A DNA stretch of 64,000 bases from Octopus vulgaris (lineage: Eukaryota). The translations under genes and the position numbers were made by a program. This document shows, piece by piece, positions 1 to 15,559 of the stretch. Below the pieces are notes generated by a model. That model did not search any database. It was not told where the DNA came from and saw only the letters and a list, made by a program, of their open reading frames with translations. Numbering within the stretch: the first letter of the stretch is position 1; every line of letters starts with the position of its first letter. Location: positions 96,534,001 through 96,598,000 of the forward strand of contig OX597820.1 of NCBI GenBank assembly GCA_951406725.2, in the 5' to 3' direction.

Positions 1-223
1 AGCCTTCTGAACTGGAGAAAATAAATTATTAGAGACATTTGCAAAGTTAATTTCCCTTCCATAGTTGAGCGATTAAGTTCCCTTCAAAGTCACCAGGTTC
101 TGAGTTTGATCCAGCTGCACGGATATCTTGGACAAGTGCCTTCTACATAGGTTTGAGTTTATGGTCTACTCAAATACGCATACTCTCCCTTTTTCTGACT
201 CTGTCTGTCTCTCTCCCTCCCCC

Positions 224-259
<36 letters not shown>

Positions 260-362
260 ATTTGTACTTTACATACGCACATAAATTTGTAATCTACAAA
301 AGTATTGAGTAACCCATCAGATTAATGTAAAATTGTTTTTATTATAATTGAACATAAACACG

Positions 363-397
<35 letters not shown>

Positions 398-411
398 CTC
401 TTTTCTATTTC

Positions 412-818
412 TCTCTTTTACTTGTTTCAGTCATTTGACTGTGGCTATGCTGGAGCACCGCCTTTAGTCGAGCAAATCGATCCCAGGACTTATTCTTTGT
501 AAGCCTAGAACTTATTCTATCGGTCTCTCTTGCCGAACCGCTAAGTTACAGAGACTTAAACACACCAACATCGGTTGTCAAGCGATGTTGGTGGGACAAA
601 CACAGACACACAAACATATACACACACTTACATATATATATATATACATATATACGACCGGCTTCTTTGAGTTCCTGTCTACCAAATCCACTCACAAGGT
701 TTTGGTCGGCCCGAGGCTATAATAGAAGACACTTGCCCAAGGTGCTACGCAGTGGGACTGAACCCGGAACCATGTGGTTTGTAAGCAAGCTACTTACCAC
801 ACAGCCACTCCTACGCCT
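412..818 (-). mobile_element. tRNA-derived SINE, family A (CORE-like block, internal (CA)/(TA) microsatellite)
   Basis: Minus strand starts AGGCGTAGGAGTGGCTGTGTGGTAAG (A box), then GGTTCAGTCCC (B box) and CCTTGGGCAAGTGTCTT (CORE-like). The same sequence recurs more than 10 times in the window. Confidence 0.85.
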
Positions 819-877
819 ACATATATATATTTATTTATCTGTTTATTTATTCCTATATATCTGCAGCTGATTTATGG

Positions 878-1110
878 TTTGGGCGATAAGTATGAATGTC
901 ATCTTCAAATCGGAGGCGTATTAGTAACACGCCGTTGATGTCCATGTACTTGTCCAGTCAATGTCTTTGGAGATCATTTCTAGACATGCAGTGAAGTGCA
1001 TTGAAGAGATGGTATTTCCTTGTTTGACACCCTTCCCAATTGAAACTATTGCGTTTCCAGAGATTTCAGCACTATATTCATCTCGACACTATCGATCGCC
1101 TTATCGTAGA
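878..1110 (-). mobile_element. Degraded RTE-clade LINE reverse transcriptase fragment
   Basis: Minus-strand translation IGKGVKQGNTISSMHFTACLE...DINGVLLIRLRFEDDI matches the RT motifs GVRQGD...LRFADD, with frameshifts. Confidence 0.7.
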
Positions 1111-1940
1111 CGACGAAAGCTATTCAGAGTCTGCTTGCTATCCTGTCGCTCGTTCTATAAGTTGTGTTAGAGTGACTATGTATTCCATCATACTGTAGTT
1201 TTTATGGAAACCTGCTTACTCCTTCGATTGAATGTTTCGATACTCTAGAACAGTAATTACCAGCATGGGGCATACGCCCCACAGATGCGGCATGGGAAAA
1301 TAGTAGTGGATCGTGAGACACGAAATGTTTTTTCTGTTAGTGGGACATGGAATTGTGAAAATTATTTATCCACAACAAATATACTACACCTATATTCAGC
1401 CTAGTCAAACCAATCATTCCAGCCAAATACACTGTGTAAACACTACTACAGTATAGCGCTATTCTAATGCCCTAGTATGGACATACCATTTAGCAAAGCA
1501 TGTAATTATGAGAAGTCTATAAATTATTAATCTTTTAAAGTACTTTATACAAATATCTTGTTCAAAATGAAAGGTGCCAAGACGTGACTATGTACAGCAA
1601 AGGAACTTTTGATTCATTTCCCCATATCTTATTTGGTTGAGTGTAGCTTTAGTACTGTTGGCGATTTGCTTCAAGCCAAGAGAAGCAGACTTGAAATTAC
1701 AAAACGCGATGATTTACAGCTGAAGCAAAAAAAAAAAAAAAATTGTGATCATTGAATCATGGAAATCTGCTGTAGTTGCCAGGCACAAAGTTCTAATAAA
1801 AGTGATTCACTTTGTTTCCTTTGTCAATAACATACTTTTTGTACTCAGCATTTAATAGTAAAATGTTACCAGTAGATACTTTTGTATTAATTAATTGGAA
1901 TAAAATATTTAAAATGTTGTTTTTTCCCAACTACCGATAT

Positions 1941-1971
<31 letters not shown>

Positions 1972-1974
1972 CAA

Positions 1975-2730
1975 TTAAGCTGGTTCTTATTTTTCGACAC
2001 CGAAAGGATGAATGGCAAAGTCGACCTCGGCGGAATTTGAACTCAGAACATAAAGGCAAACGAAATACCTATTTCTTTACTACCCACAAGGGGCTGAACA
2101 CAGAGAGAACAAAGAAGGACAGACAAACAAATTAAGTTGTTTATATCGACCCCAGTGCGTAACTGGTACTTATTTAATCGACCCCGAAGGGATGAAATGC
2201 AAAGTCGACCTCTACAGAATTTGAACTCAGAACGTAGCGGCAGACGAAATACCGCTAAGCATTTCGCCCGACGTGCTAACGTTTCACCCAGCTTGCCGCC
2301 TTTGTGTTATATTATTACTTATTTCTTTATTGCCCACAAGGGGCTAAACATACAGGGGACAAACAAGGACAGACAAAGGAATTAAGTCGATTACATCGAC
2401 CCAAGTGCGTAACTGGTACTTAATTTATCGACCCCGAAAGGATGAAAGGCAAAGTCGACCTCAGCGGAATTCGAACTCAGAACGTAACGGCAGACGAAAT
2501 ACCTATTTCTTTACTACCCATAAGGGGCTAAACACATAGGGGACGAACAAGGACAGACAAACGGATTAAGTCGATTATATCGACCCCAGTGCGTAACTGG
2601 TACTTATTTAATCGAAAGGATGAAAGGCAAAGTTGACCTCGGTGGAATTTGAACTCAGAACGTAACGGCAGACAAAATACTGCTAAGCATTTCACCCGGT
2701 GTGCTAACGTTTCTGCCAGCTCGCCGCCTT
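1975..2730 (-). mobile_element. Two tandem multimers of SINE family B
   Basis: Heads AAGGCGGC(G/A)AGCTGG..GAAACGTTAGCAC at 2302 and 2730 on the minus strand. Each is followed by repeated bodies joined at GAAATACCTATTTC (2062, 2496). Confidence 0.85.
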
Positions 2731-3283
2731 AATGTATTCTTAAAGATATTCTTTTCTACTCTAGGCACAAGGTCCGAAAATTTTGGGGGACGACCCCAGT
2801 ACGCAACAGTACGAACCCGAAAGGATGAAAGGCAAAGTCGACCTCGGTGATATTTGAACTCAGATTCTTAAGAATATTAAACAGTCAAATGTTTCACAAG
2901 GAGATTGAACTGGTAAGCTAGCTGATTTAAGGATACCTTAGGACTGCTGAAAAGGCCTTCCGATGCAAATGTTTTGTATCCTAATCGCTTGAACTCAGCA
3001 CAAGCAGCTAATGATGGCCTCAAAAATTAATACAGTTATTTTTATCTTTTTTTCACTTCTTGCATTATTAATATAGTACTTGTTTATGTAGTACCTATAT
3101 GCAGGTAGGTGAACCGAGCCTTCCATAACTGCGTAACAAATATGATCCCGTTTCATTAATGGCAAAGGAATCAGAACCACGAACATGTTTACTGGTCGTC
3201 TGACACGCTGCCAGTTAGGCACTGGACTTTCTGTAACTACTGTTCAGATCGGCAGCTAATTGCGGAATTTAAATTTATCAAAA

Positions 3284-3382
<99 letters not shown>

Positions 3383-3477
3383 CTCTGTCGCCACCGCTTG
3401 ACAGCTGGTGTTGTTTTGTTCCCATAAAATTTCTCACAGGGTGTTGTTTTGTTCCCATAAAATTTCTCACAGGGTAT

Positions 3478-4060
3478 ATTGCTACTCGACCTTAATCCGT
3501 TTGTCTCTCCTTGTTTGTCCTCTCTGTGTTTAACCCCTTATAGGTAGTAAAGAAATAGGTGTTTCGTCTGTCTTTACGTTGTGAGTTCAAATTCCGCTGA
3601 GGTCGACTTTGCCTTTCATCTTTTCGGGGTCGATAAATTAAGCACCAGTTACGCACTGGGGTCGATGTAATCGACTTAATCTGTTTGTCTGTCCTTGTTT
3701 GTCTCCTCTATGTTTAGCCCCTGGTGGGCAATAAAGAAATAAGAAACGTTACAACGCTGGGCGAAATACTTAGCAGTATTTCGTCTGTCTTTACGTTGCG
3801 AGTTCAAATTCCGCCGAGGTCTTACTTTGCCTTTCATCCTTTCGGGGTTGATAAATTAAGTACCAGTTACGTACTGGGGTCGATCTAATCGACTGGTCCC
3901 GTTTCCCAAAATTGTGGGCCTTGTGCCTTGAGTAGAAAAGAAAAGAATCGTTAGTATACTGGGCAAAATGCTTAGCGGCATTTTTCCGTCTTCGTGTTCT
4001 GAGTTCTGAGCTCAAAGGTCGGCTTTGCCTTATATCCTTACAGGGTCGATAAAATAAGTA
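3478..4060 (+). mobile_element. Tandem or partial copies of SINE family B
   Basis: Repeated GAGTTCAAATTCCGCCGAGGTCGACTTTGCCTTTCATC...GGGGTCGATAAATTAAGTACCAGTT blocks. Confidence 0.8.
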
Positions 4061-5118
4061 GTTATAGCTCTGATAGGTTAGACCTAGGTCCACATAGGTA
4101 GTCTCATCTGAATGAGTAAAGCGACTAAGAAGATGGAGGGCTGAAAAGTTAGTTATATATCTTACTTAAAAATAACTACTGAAATATGACAACCTCCTTT
4201 GAATCACATCACAAAAGCCGTCACTGCATTCATACCTCTGCCTTTATATTCCTAACCACCATATAAATTCCTGTATATTTTATGGGAACATAAACAAACC
4301 AGCATCGACTGTCATACGGTAGCGAGCGACACACGCACAGCTTTTAAAAGGTATTATATTTTATCATTAGCTGCCTATATTATAAGAATAAGTTTTTATT
4401 GTCAGATTTTCTTCTTTAATTATGGGAAAACACATAACCAGACGCTGACATTGTCTTTATTGTTTCCTCTTAAATAATATCTTAAAATAATTTCACAGTA
4501 AGGAAAGCAATAAAATAATTAAACTTTTTTTGTTTTCGTAGCAGACAGGTGACTGACTGACTGGTGTCAGCTTGTTTATGCATATAATTAGCACTCTTGT
4601 CTTGTTGCGATACAAAGACTTAATTTATGCGCTATGTGAAAATCACAGGAGTTCAACGCAAAAGCAAACCGCATTTTCTTATTTCTATGGGGTGAGAAAC
4701 TTTCTAACCAAAAATGATTGTTGTCATAAGGCATATATGACACATGTTCTTACGTAAACTAACAAATATCTGTGAAAATTTCTAGTTTCAATTTATTCTA
4801 AATTTTTTAATGTAATTTATTTGCTTAAAGGATTTGTTTTGTTATTTTTCTGATTAAAATTAGAATTTTATTTAAGTTGTTCCAACTCAAATGCAAAGGG
4901 GGAAAAACTGGCTATACGTGAAATAAAATTTCAAATGCAGTCTATGTTTACTAAGTAGGCACTGATAAGTAGTAATTTACAAACTCAATATACTAAATAT
5001 GTGCTTGATTACTTAACCAAACTTCTCCTCCAGTGAAAAGATTAAACATTTACAGAATTTCAGTCAAAATAGACTGAAGTTGATTTGCAAAGTCTTTTCC
5101 AGACCCTTATGTACTATA

Positions 5119-5662
5119 CAGGGTGGCCCAAAAGTAGGTTTATAGTTATTCAACTATCTCTTTCGCATTCATTTATTAACAATTTAGATCTTAATTATAA
5201 AAAAATATGAAACCATTATTCTATGCTAATTTACTTAATTTTGTCAAGCTCTTATGCGTTGACAGTAAGAGACCACCTTAACCAAGCCTTTCCACAGCGT
5301 TGGTTTGGAAGACGGGGCAGCATCGAATGGCCACCATGTTCACCTGATCTAACACCAATGGATTTCTTTTTTGGAGGTGTTCTAAAAAAAACAAGGTTTA
5401 TGTGAAAAATCCCAAAACAGTGAATGATGCATTCACTGAAATTGATGGAGGTCGGAATTTGTGCTGCACTGTGTGTCTGAAGAGGTTTGAAGAATGTTGC
5501 AATGTTGAAGGAGGGCATTTTGAGCATCTGAGAGATTAAACATTGTCTGTTTAAGATGTGCATCAACAATATGATTGTAAGAAATTTAAATGTCATAAAA
5601 TGTTTTAAAAGAAATTTAAAGTACCTACGGGATAAATGTAAATCTAATTTTGGGCCACCCTA
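5119..5662 (+). mobile_element. Internally deleted Tc1/mariner element
   Basis: TIRs CAGGGTGGCCCAAAA / TTTTGGGCCACCCT flanked by TA. Transposase C-terminal motif RWFGRRGSIEWPPCSPDLTPMDFF lies in ORF 5223-5405. Confidence 0.9.
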
Positions 5663-5758
5663 TATAAAAATGATAGAAGCCAGTAGTTAAAATTGGTTCT
5701 ATCGGCAGGCTTTTATATAACTAGTTAAAAACCTACTGGTGGGACCAGTTCTATGATC

Positions 5759-6132
5759 TATCTATCTATCCGCTCAGTCGAAGTCGACTCTCGGTTACTC
5801 CATGGATCAGTGTCCTCCAGTCAGTTCTATCCTGGGCCGCTTCTTTCAGATTGGCTATGTCCATTCCGGTATCACTCTTGATGGTGTCAAGCCAGCGGGT
5901 TCTTGGTCGGCCTCTTCCTCTCTTGCCACTGGCCATTCCGAGCATGATGTCCTCCTCCAGAGATTTTCTCCGCATAATATGACCAAAATATGCCAAACTA
6001 TGCTTGGTGATCCTAGCTTCTAGCGACATTTTCGGCCTGATCTGCTTAAGAACTTCTCCATTGGTGAGTCTCGCTGTCCATGGAATCCGTAAAAGTCTTC
6101 TCCAACACCAAAGCTCGAATGCACTAATTCTC
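5759..6132 (-). mobile_element. 5'-truncated RTE (BovB-like) LINE
   Basis: Translation AFELWCWRRLLRIPWTAR...YFGHIMRR..SLEEDIMLG...RGRPRTRWLD, a (GATA)n tail and a 10-bp TSD TTCTATGATC at 5749-5758 and 6133-6142. Confidence 0.9.
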
Positions 6133-6313
6133 TTCTATGATCAGACTTCTATAATTTTTTTTATCTAGCTGTTAGAGGTTGGGGCTCTCACGTTCGTAGG
6201 TTCGATTCTTGGACTGGGCGGTTGTATCTTTGAGCAAAGTACACCACTTCTCGTTGTTTCAGTCTACTTACACACAAACAATCACACACACACAAAAATA
6301 CAAATACATAAAC

Positions 6314-6600
6314 TGACACGCCGTCGGTTACGATGACAAGTGCTTCAGTTGATCGGATCAACAGAATAGTCTGCTCGTGAAATTAACGTGCAAGTGGTTG
6401 AGCACTCCACAAAAACACGTACCCTTAACGTAGTGCTCGGGGAGACACAGAATGTGACAAGGCTGGCTCTTTGAATAAAACGTACTACTCATTTTTGCCA
6501 GCTAAGTGGACTGGAGCAACGTAAAATAAAGTGTCTTGCTTAAGAGTACAGCGCACCACCAGGAATCGTACTCACGATCGTAAGCCGAATACCCTATCCT
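6314..6600 (-). mobile_element. SINE with CORE-like body and the family C 3' tail (older, diverged copy)
   Basis: Minus strand reads CTTAAGCAAGACACTTTATTTTACGTTGCTCCAGTCCAC, followed by the same tail (GCCTTGTCAC...CACGTTAATTTCACGAGCAG...CGTAACCGACGG) as 23079-23460. Confidence 0.75.
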
Positions 6601-6725
6601 TCTTCACATACAAATACATACATAAATACATACATATGTGTTCGAACGGCAAAGTCACAAATTGTCGGATTGATTATTCGTTTTCGAGTTCAAATACTGC
6701 CGAAGTCCTTGTCCAGGCTTATAAT

Positions 6726-7105
6726 GGAATGGAAGCACTCCGTCTGTTACGACGACGAGGGTTCCGGTTGATCCGATCAATGGAACAGCCTGCTCGTGAA
6801 ATTAACGTGTAAGTGGCTGAGCACACCACAGACACGTGTACCCTTAACGTAGTTCTCGGGGATATTCAGCGTGACACAGAGAGTGACAAGGCCGGCCCTT
6901 TGAAATACAGGTACAACAGAAACAGGAAGTAAGAGAAAGTTGTGGTGAAAGAGTACAGCAGGAATCACCACCATCCCTGCCGGAGCCTCGTGAAGCTTTA
7001 GGTGTTTTCGCTCAATAAACACTCACAACGCCCGGTCTGGGAATCGAAACCGCGATCCTACGACCGCGAGTCCGCTGCCCTAACCACTGGGTCATTGCAC
7101 CTCCA
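6726..7105 (-). mobile_element. tRNA-derived SINE, family C
   Basis: Near-identical to 23079-23460, with a 12-bp TSD CAGGCTTATAAT at 6714-6725 and 7106-7117. Confidence 0.9.
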
Positions 7106-7463
7106 CAGGCTTATAATTACCATAAATAAATACCATCACGTCAATTCGCTTGGAGCAGGTTGCTTTTAAAAGTTGCTGACAATCTTCAATTGACCCGAGA
7201 ATGTTGATTCAATTAGAATTACTCCATCCAAGCAATTCAATTAAGATTCCTAAAAATAAACCAAGAAATAATTAAATATTTAAGTTCAAATAAAATTTTA
7301 TTCCAGTTATATTATTTTTCCTATACTTTATAATGGAAAAACGTTTTGCATTTCAAAAATTTTCTGCTAACTGACTTTGCTTCAAATAGATAATTTTTCA
7401 AGTCAGTGAATGTTTCCAATGTCTATTGCAGTGCTCGTGAGTATGCAAGTTTGTTATTGATAT

Positions 7464-7510
<47 letters not shown>

Positions 7511-7647
7511 TTTTTTATTTATTATTGTCAGAAGCTAAAACGAATATATTTTCCTAAAAGAAAGTTGCATCACATATGACCTTCCCATTGGAAAGTTACG
7601 TCCCTATGCAAAGTTTCAAGTGCCTAGGTCAGAAGCGTGGCCCACAA

Positions 7648-7878
7648 TACATACATACATGCATGCATACATACATACATACATACATACATACATACAT
7701 ACATACATACATAAATACATGCATGCATGCATACATACATACATACATGCATGCATACATGCATGCTTGCATGCATGCATGCATACATACATACATACAT
7801 ACATACATACATACATACATGCATGCATGCATACATACATACATGCATACATGCATGCATACATACATACATACATAC
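7648..7878. repeat. (ACAT)n/(GCAT)n microsatellite
   Basis: Directly visible tetranucleotide array. Confidence 0.95.
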
Positions 7879-8188
7879 AGTCAGTTAAGATGTACAATTA
7901 CATATGTCTCCATATCTATGTATGCATATACACATACAAACATATACCTGCACACGCATTCATATACATACATTTATATATATACTTTTACGCATGCACG
8001 TAACACATACACACACACACAAACCCATACACACAGATATATATATATATGGTAGTACACTACCTTGGATATCCTTGTTACTTAATTTGATTATAATTAC
8101 CCCATTTGATTTATATGGATAATACCATACTAATTCGGGTGCCTTTAACTTAAGTACCATATTCATCTGAATCTAAATTTTGCTGAAC

Positions 8189-8225
<37 letters not shown>

Positions 8226-8346
8226 TGTATGTATGTATGTATGTATGTATGTATGTATGTATGTATGTATGCATGCATGTATGTATGTATGTATGTATGT
8301 ATGTATGTATGTATGTATGTATGTATGTATGTATGTATGTATGTAT

Positions 8347-8618
8347 GATGGAGGAAGCAGGTTAAGGAGGGGATCGACACTTTTGAGAGAGCACGTATCC
8401 AGCATGAAGAACTTAAGCGAGCTGCGCGAAAGCGCACAGCTCGTATAGTGAATGGGGAAAGCTTGGTCTGCAATTTTTGCAGTCGTGTATGCTTGTCAAG
8501 AGCAGGGCTCATTAGCCACCAACGGAGCCGCAAATGCAAAATATAAGTTAGTCCTAGAGTGCACAATGTTCCTGAAGGTCGGCAATGGTCTTCCTCGGTC
8601 ACGAGTGGACGGCCATCA
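8347..8618 (+). mobile_element. RTE LINE 3' end within an (ATGT)n tract
   Basis: Translation WRKQVKEGIDTFERARIQ...VCNFCSRVCLSRAGLISHQRS (C-terminal zinc finger) with a stop at 8544-8546, a short UTR and an (ATGT)n tail. Confidence 0.85.
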
Positions 8619-9252
8619 TGTATGTATGTATGTATGTATGTATGTATGTATGTATGTATGTATGTACCTAATGAATATGCTGAACTTTTTCTTTCTTAAG
8701 TCAATTGTATTCAGGTTATATTTAAATGTATAGTTTTAACATCGGCTTAATAATTAATGATGCACCAAATAAATTAACTTACCCGACCCTGTTCCCAGGT
8801 TATCTCCAACTATACAATTCTACATTGTTGTATTCCTTTTTTCTTTTGTTTATATAGTTTAATATTCGTTCCACATTATCATAAAATGTCAGGTCTATTT
8901 AAATAATTTTGATTAACTTTAAACTTGTCACCTTTGGGAAATTTCGAATACACGTGTAAGTGAAATTCATGTAGTGACCTCGCTTTAAATAGGTTATTCG
9001 TCTTCATTCGTACAGTAAGTACGAGAATAAATAAATCGAGCTGGATAGTCTTCTTATGCGATTAGATGGGGTGGAATAGAGTAATTGCACTATTTTAATT
9101 TTTATCTATATTCTTCAGATTTTTGCCTAAATATATTCCAGTATAACCTCTGATTACTTGTCTTCCAACAAAATCTCATGGGAAATTTCCAAACTGGTTA
9201 TCAGCAATCCCACACACAAAATTTATCATTATCATTATTATTATTATTGTTG

Positions 9253-9335
<83 letters not shown>

Positions 9336-9894
9336 GAGTGAGAGAGCAGTGCATGCCATCAAAGTGACACTGGGGTAAAATATACGAAGACCAGTATACC
9401 CATCATGACTACCCGTCTGACAAGAGTACACCAGGCACATGCATCACAGCCATATGTGCGCGACATGATGATCTCATACCAAGATCTCATACCAAGCACA
9501 TGACCTTGTAGGTGGGGCCCAGTTAGAATTTTCTTCTGGTCGAGTAACCCATCCTGCTCAAAAGGTCCCTGAGTAGGGGTTGTTTAAGGATGTTGAACGA
9601 AACACCCATGTTTCCAGAGGTGAATTATTAAAACCCCAAAGAATCCCTCTCAATACATGGCTATGATGCTCCCCCACTACTTCTGCTCGTGATCAGAGAT
9701 GCACATATCATCAGCCGTTGAGGGACATGCTCACCTGGTTAAGGTCAAACAACTGGCAAGCAAATCTGTGGTATTGTGCAGAATATTTGCTGTAGCCCAT
9801 CTTTTATACCAAGACAAAACAATGTACATGATAACACTTCCAATCAGTTAAGATCAGAAGCCATGAGAACCACTGCCTGGTACTGCATCAGGGC
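9336..9894. mobile_element. ~560-bp non-coding interspersed repeat embedded in (ATT)n
   Basis: Flanked on both sides by trinucleotide tracts. A partial second copy lies at 11064-11355. Confidence 0.7.
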
Positions 9895-9918
9895 TTCTTC
9901 TTCTTCTTCTTCTTCTTC

Positions 9919-9973
<55 letters not shown>

Positions 9974-9979
9974 TACTAC

Positions 9980-10037
<58 letters not shown>

Positions 10038-10042
10038 ACTAC

Positions 10043-11060
<1,018 letters not shown>

Positions 11061-11378
11061 ATGTTAAATGAAACACCAATGTTTTCAGAGGTGAATTATC
11101 CAAACCCCCCAAAATTCCTCTCAATACATGGCTATGATGCTTCCCCACTACTTCTGCTCGTGATCAGAGATGCACATATCGTCAGCCACTAAGGGACATG
11201 CTCAACTGGTTATGGTCGAACAACTGACAAGCAAATCTGTGGTATTGAGCAGAATATTTGCTGTAACCCATCTTTTATACCAAGACAAAACAATGTACAT
11301 GATAACAGCAAATATCAGAAGCCATGAAAGCCACTGTCTGGTGCTGCATCAGAGCATTATTATTATTATTATTATTAT

Positions 11379-11465
<87 letters not shown>

Positions 11466-11479
11466 CAGTAGTATAAATT

Positions 11480-12100
11480 GGTGAAAAGCTCGCAGCTTAT
11501 TTTGCTGGGTGTGATAGAAGGTCTCAGCTGTCCACAGCCAGTAAACTAAGTTGGCACTTATTTACTGGTCATACTTCAAGAACCCTGCGAAGAATTCTTG
11601 CAGTTCCAAACAATGCTGATTTTTTGTAGATGTTCTACCTTTACATTTGTACCAATCTTTTTCAGCCACGCTGGTAGTTAAATGCTGATTACTTCCAAGT
11701 GCGCCAATTACTATGGGTATCACATCTACTCTCCTCATTGACTACAACCTTCGCATTTCCCATTTCAAATCGTCATAGTTATTCAGTTTTTCCACTTCTT
11801 TCTCTTTGATCCTATTGTCACCGGGACACGCTACATCGATTATCATGCATGTTCTTTCTTTCTTTTCTTTTTTTTTTTTTTGATACAACAATGTCCAGTT
11901 TCCGATGTCTGGTCAGGTGATCTCACTGAATCATTGCACCCCGCAGGAATTTGCAAATCTCATTTTCGGTGACTCCTTCTGGGATTTTCTCATACCACGT
12001 CTTTGCTCTTTGTAGGCCGTGATTTCCACAGAGCTCCCAGTGGATCATTCTTGCCACATTGTCAAGTCGTCTTTTTGTATTCGCTTTGTGCCAATTTCGG
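11480..12100 (-). mobile_element. R4/Dong-type LINE 3' fragment, second family
   Basis: Translation RLDNVARMIHWELC...WYEKIPEGVTEN...IIDVACPGDNRIKEKEVEK...VIPIVIGALG...QKSALFGTARILRRVL. Confidence 0.85.
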
Positions 12101-12220
12101 GCGATCGCTAACGATGTGCCATACCGTTTCACCCCTCTCACCACGCATTCGGCATCTGTTGCTATCATTATTATTGTTTTAATTGATTTTTGTTAGCCCT
12201 TGTGGCCAATAAACGAACGA

Positions 12221-12253
<33 letters not shown>

Positions 12254-12254
12254 G

Positions 12255-12314
<60 letters not shown>

Positions 12315-12385
12315 CTACTACTACTACTACTACTACAGAAAACACTCGGCGAGAAACGGAAGAAAATTTGAAGAAAGAAGGAAAT

Positions 12386-12458
<73 letters not shown>

Positions 12459-12459
<1 letters not shown>

Positions 12460-13167
12460 ATTTCCTTCTTTCTTCAAATTTTCTTCCGTTTCTCGCCGAG
12501 TGTTTTCTGTTCACCTAGGGCAGAGAAGCTCATTGTATGCAGATTACACACGCAAATTCACAGGTAAAATATGTATTTATAAAATTAATAAATAAATAAA
12601 TTCATGAATGGATGTTGCTTTCACAGCGATAATGCTCTTCTCAGTAAATGAGTCGTTCCAGTTAACACGACTTTTTGCACTTCCTGTAAGGATGGTAAGC
12701 CTGGTATCATTTTCAAATAGGTTTCAGTACCTTTTTATTATCATTCCTAGAGATCCTACAATCATTGGGACTGTAGTCGCCTTGAGATGCCACATTTTTT
12801 AAAATTTCTATTATCAAGTCTTTATATTTACTGATCTTGTCAAATTCTTTCGCCGCTATATTGTGATCACGAGGAATACTCATGTCAATTAATAAACACA
12901 ACTTTTTTGTCTGATCTTTTATAATAGTATCCGGTTTATTAGCTTTTATAGTTTTGTCGGTATGTACGGAAAAGTCCCATAGAATCGACATATTTTCTCC
13001 CTCAGTCATAGCTTCAGAACGATGTCTATACAATTTGTCAACGGTTTTGATTTTATAATGCCGACATATTGTCCAGTGTAAATGCTGACCGACTCTGTCA
13101 TGTCTTTCTTTATATTCTACAGGTGCTAAGACTCTTCACTCTGAGATTAGGTTGTCTATAGTTTCAA
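12459..13167 (-). mobile_element. R4/Dong-type LINE 3' fragment, third family
   Basis: Translation EYKERHDRVGQHLHW...ILWDFSVHTDKTIKANKPD...LIDMSIP...KISKYKDL...QKVVLTGTTHLLRRAL, then a 3' UTR ending in (TAC)n. Confidence 0.9.
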
Positions 13168-13485
<318 letters not shown>

Positions 13486-13747
13486 TGTATCAAATTATTC
13501 AGGAAACCCATTACTCACTATTTCTTTTATAACTCTGATCCCGAACCAGATTTTCACACAAGATTATTTTACACAATGCATCATTTATTTATCCCTGTCT
13601 GCACTAGATAGCATCCTTATTATTTAACTCGATTGAAGCAGTAAGAAAATAAACCGAAGTTAATCATGGAACTTGTATGTATCATTTAAATTCATCAGAT
13701 CGACATCTCGATTCACTTCCTGTAGGTTGGTGAGAGAGAAATCTCTT

Positions 13748-14218
<471 letters not shown>

Positions 14219-14602
14219 AAAGCGACTAAATGTAGCAAGTAACTTCCTTTTTCTAAAATTGAATGTAATACCATAAGCCAATGAAGCACTCGTCAATTTT
14301 ACAGTGTCGTTGTTGCCCCTACTTTGAAAATAAACATTGCGAGGTAACAAGCACTACGGAAAATTCGTTTGCTTTTCTATTGTTCCATCACCCTGATCAT
14401 CTGCGAATATCCGGAAATGAATAAACTGATTGATAAGTCAACTTATTAAACTGCTTGTCATTTATTGCTATATAGCATCTTTGATTTATTGATTCATAAC
14501 TGTTTTTTGTTTTTTTTATGGAATCTTTACCAATTTTTAATTTGTATCAGTTGTTTTCTGATAATAGTAATGATGTGGTTGTGGCAATGCAAAACAAGGC
14601 TA

Positions 14603-15016
14603 GGATCTTTTCGGCTTGAACGGCATTTTTTTCTAGCGGTGTCATATGAAATTATGACCCTAGTATCGATCTATTGCATTTCAATCTGTTTTAGGGTTAG
14701 GGGTAGGGGGGAAGGGTATCCTTTTTGGATAAGATCCTTTTTTTTTCACTAATGTAAATAAACCCAATCTGTTTCTTAAACGAGGGACATATTCATACGG
14801 CACAGAATGTTTTTTACCTCAATAGACGTCAATGATTGGTTGAAATGGCAGAAATTGAAGGAAAAAACAACAAATATCTTACAAACTATAGAATTTTCTC
14901 AATAAAGCCGAGAGAAAAAGATGTTTTATAAACACATTCTACCAGTATACGAATTTTAAAAGTGTTTAGTTACCAAGAAATTATGTTAAAAACTGTCGTT
15001 CAAACCGAAAAGATCC
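14603..15016. mobile_element. Non-autonomous DNA transposon (MITE), GGATCTTTTC-terminated, Mutator-like
   Basis: TIRs GGATCTTTTCGGCTTGAACGGCA / TGTCGTTCAAACCGAAAAGATCC and an 8-bp TSD CAAGGCTA (14595-14602, 15017-15024). Confidence 0.85.
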
Positions 15017-15559
15017 CAAGGCTAATCTTATCCAAATAACCAAAGAAATGTAAAACGTATCGACGTGAAACTGAGATGAAGGTTTAAAGTATTTGAGTAA
15101 AATGTCGAACTGGCAGAAACACAAAACTGGCGGAGAGAATGGCAGTTTATATTAATCCCTACCCTTTTACGTTTTAATTTCAAATCCCGTCGAGCCCTGT
15201 ATGACTTTTGCCATTTTGGGATCGATAAGATTATATTTTGAGATCAAGTCCAACGACTGTACAACTTACCTAAACAAATAAACCAAAAAAAGTCAATATT
15301 TCACTTGAAGAGACTGTATTAATCCCCTTCGCCTCAGAGATTAGAGATTAAAGTCAGTGTAAAGAAATACTGGGCCTTAGCCAGGAATTCTACTCCTCAG
15401 ATATTGGTTACATATACCTATTTCCACTATGGTCGTGTGACAGGCATAGAGCCACTCGGCAAAACTCTAAAATTACTTATACGTTGATATACTCTACCCA
15501 TTTTCTATTGATTTCTTTGATACGATAAAAGCATTCAATTCTCTAAGAATGCTAATTCA

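Noticed and set aside
3407-3473. 33-bp tandem duplication
   Set aside because: Real, but a trivial slippage event at a SINE fragment junction.
7576-8448. YIHT/MYVC, poly-Y/I/L/S and CVCV ORFs here and throughout the track
   Set aside because: They are translations of microsatellites.
9680-9720. CTGATGA on the minus strand of the TAA-associated repeat as a hammerhead
   Set aside because: No stem II followed by GAAA.
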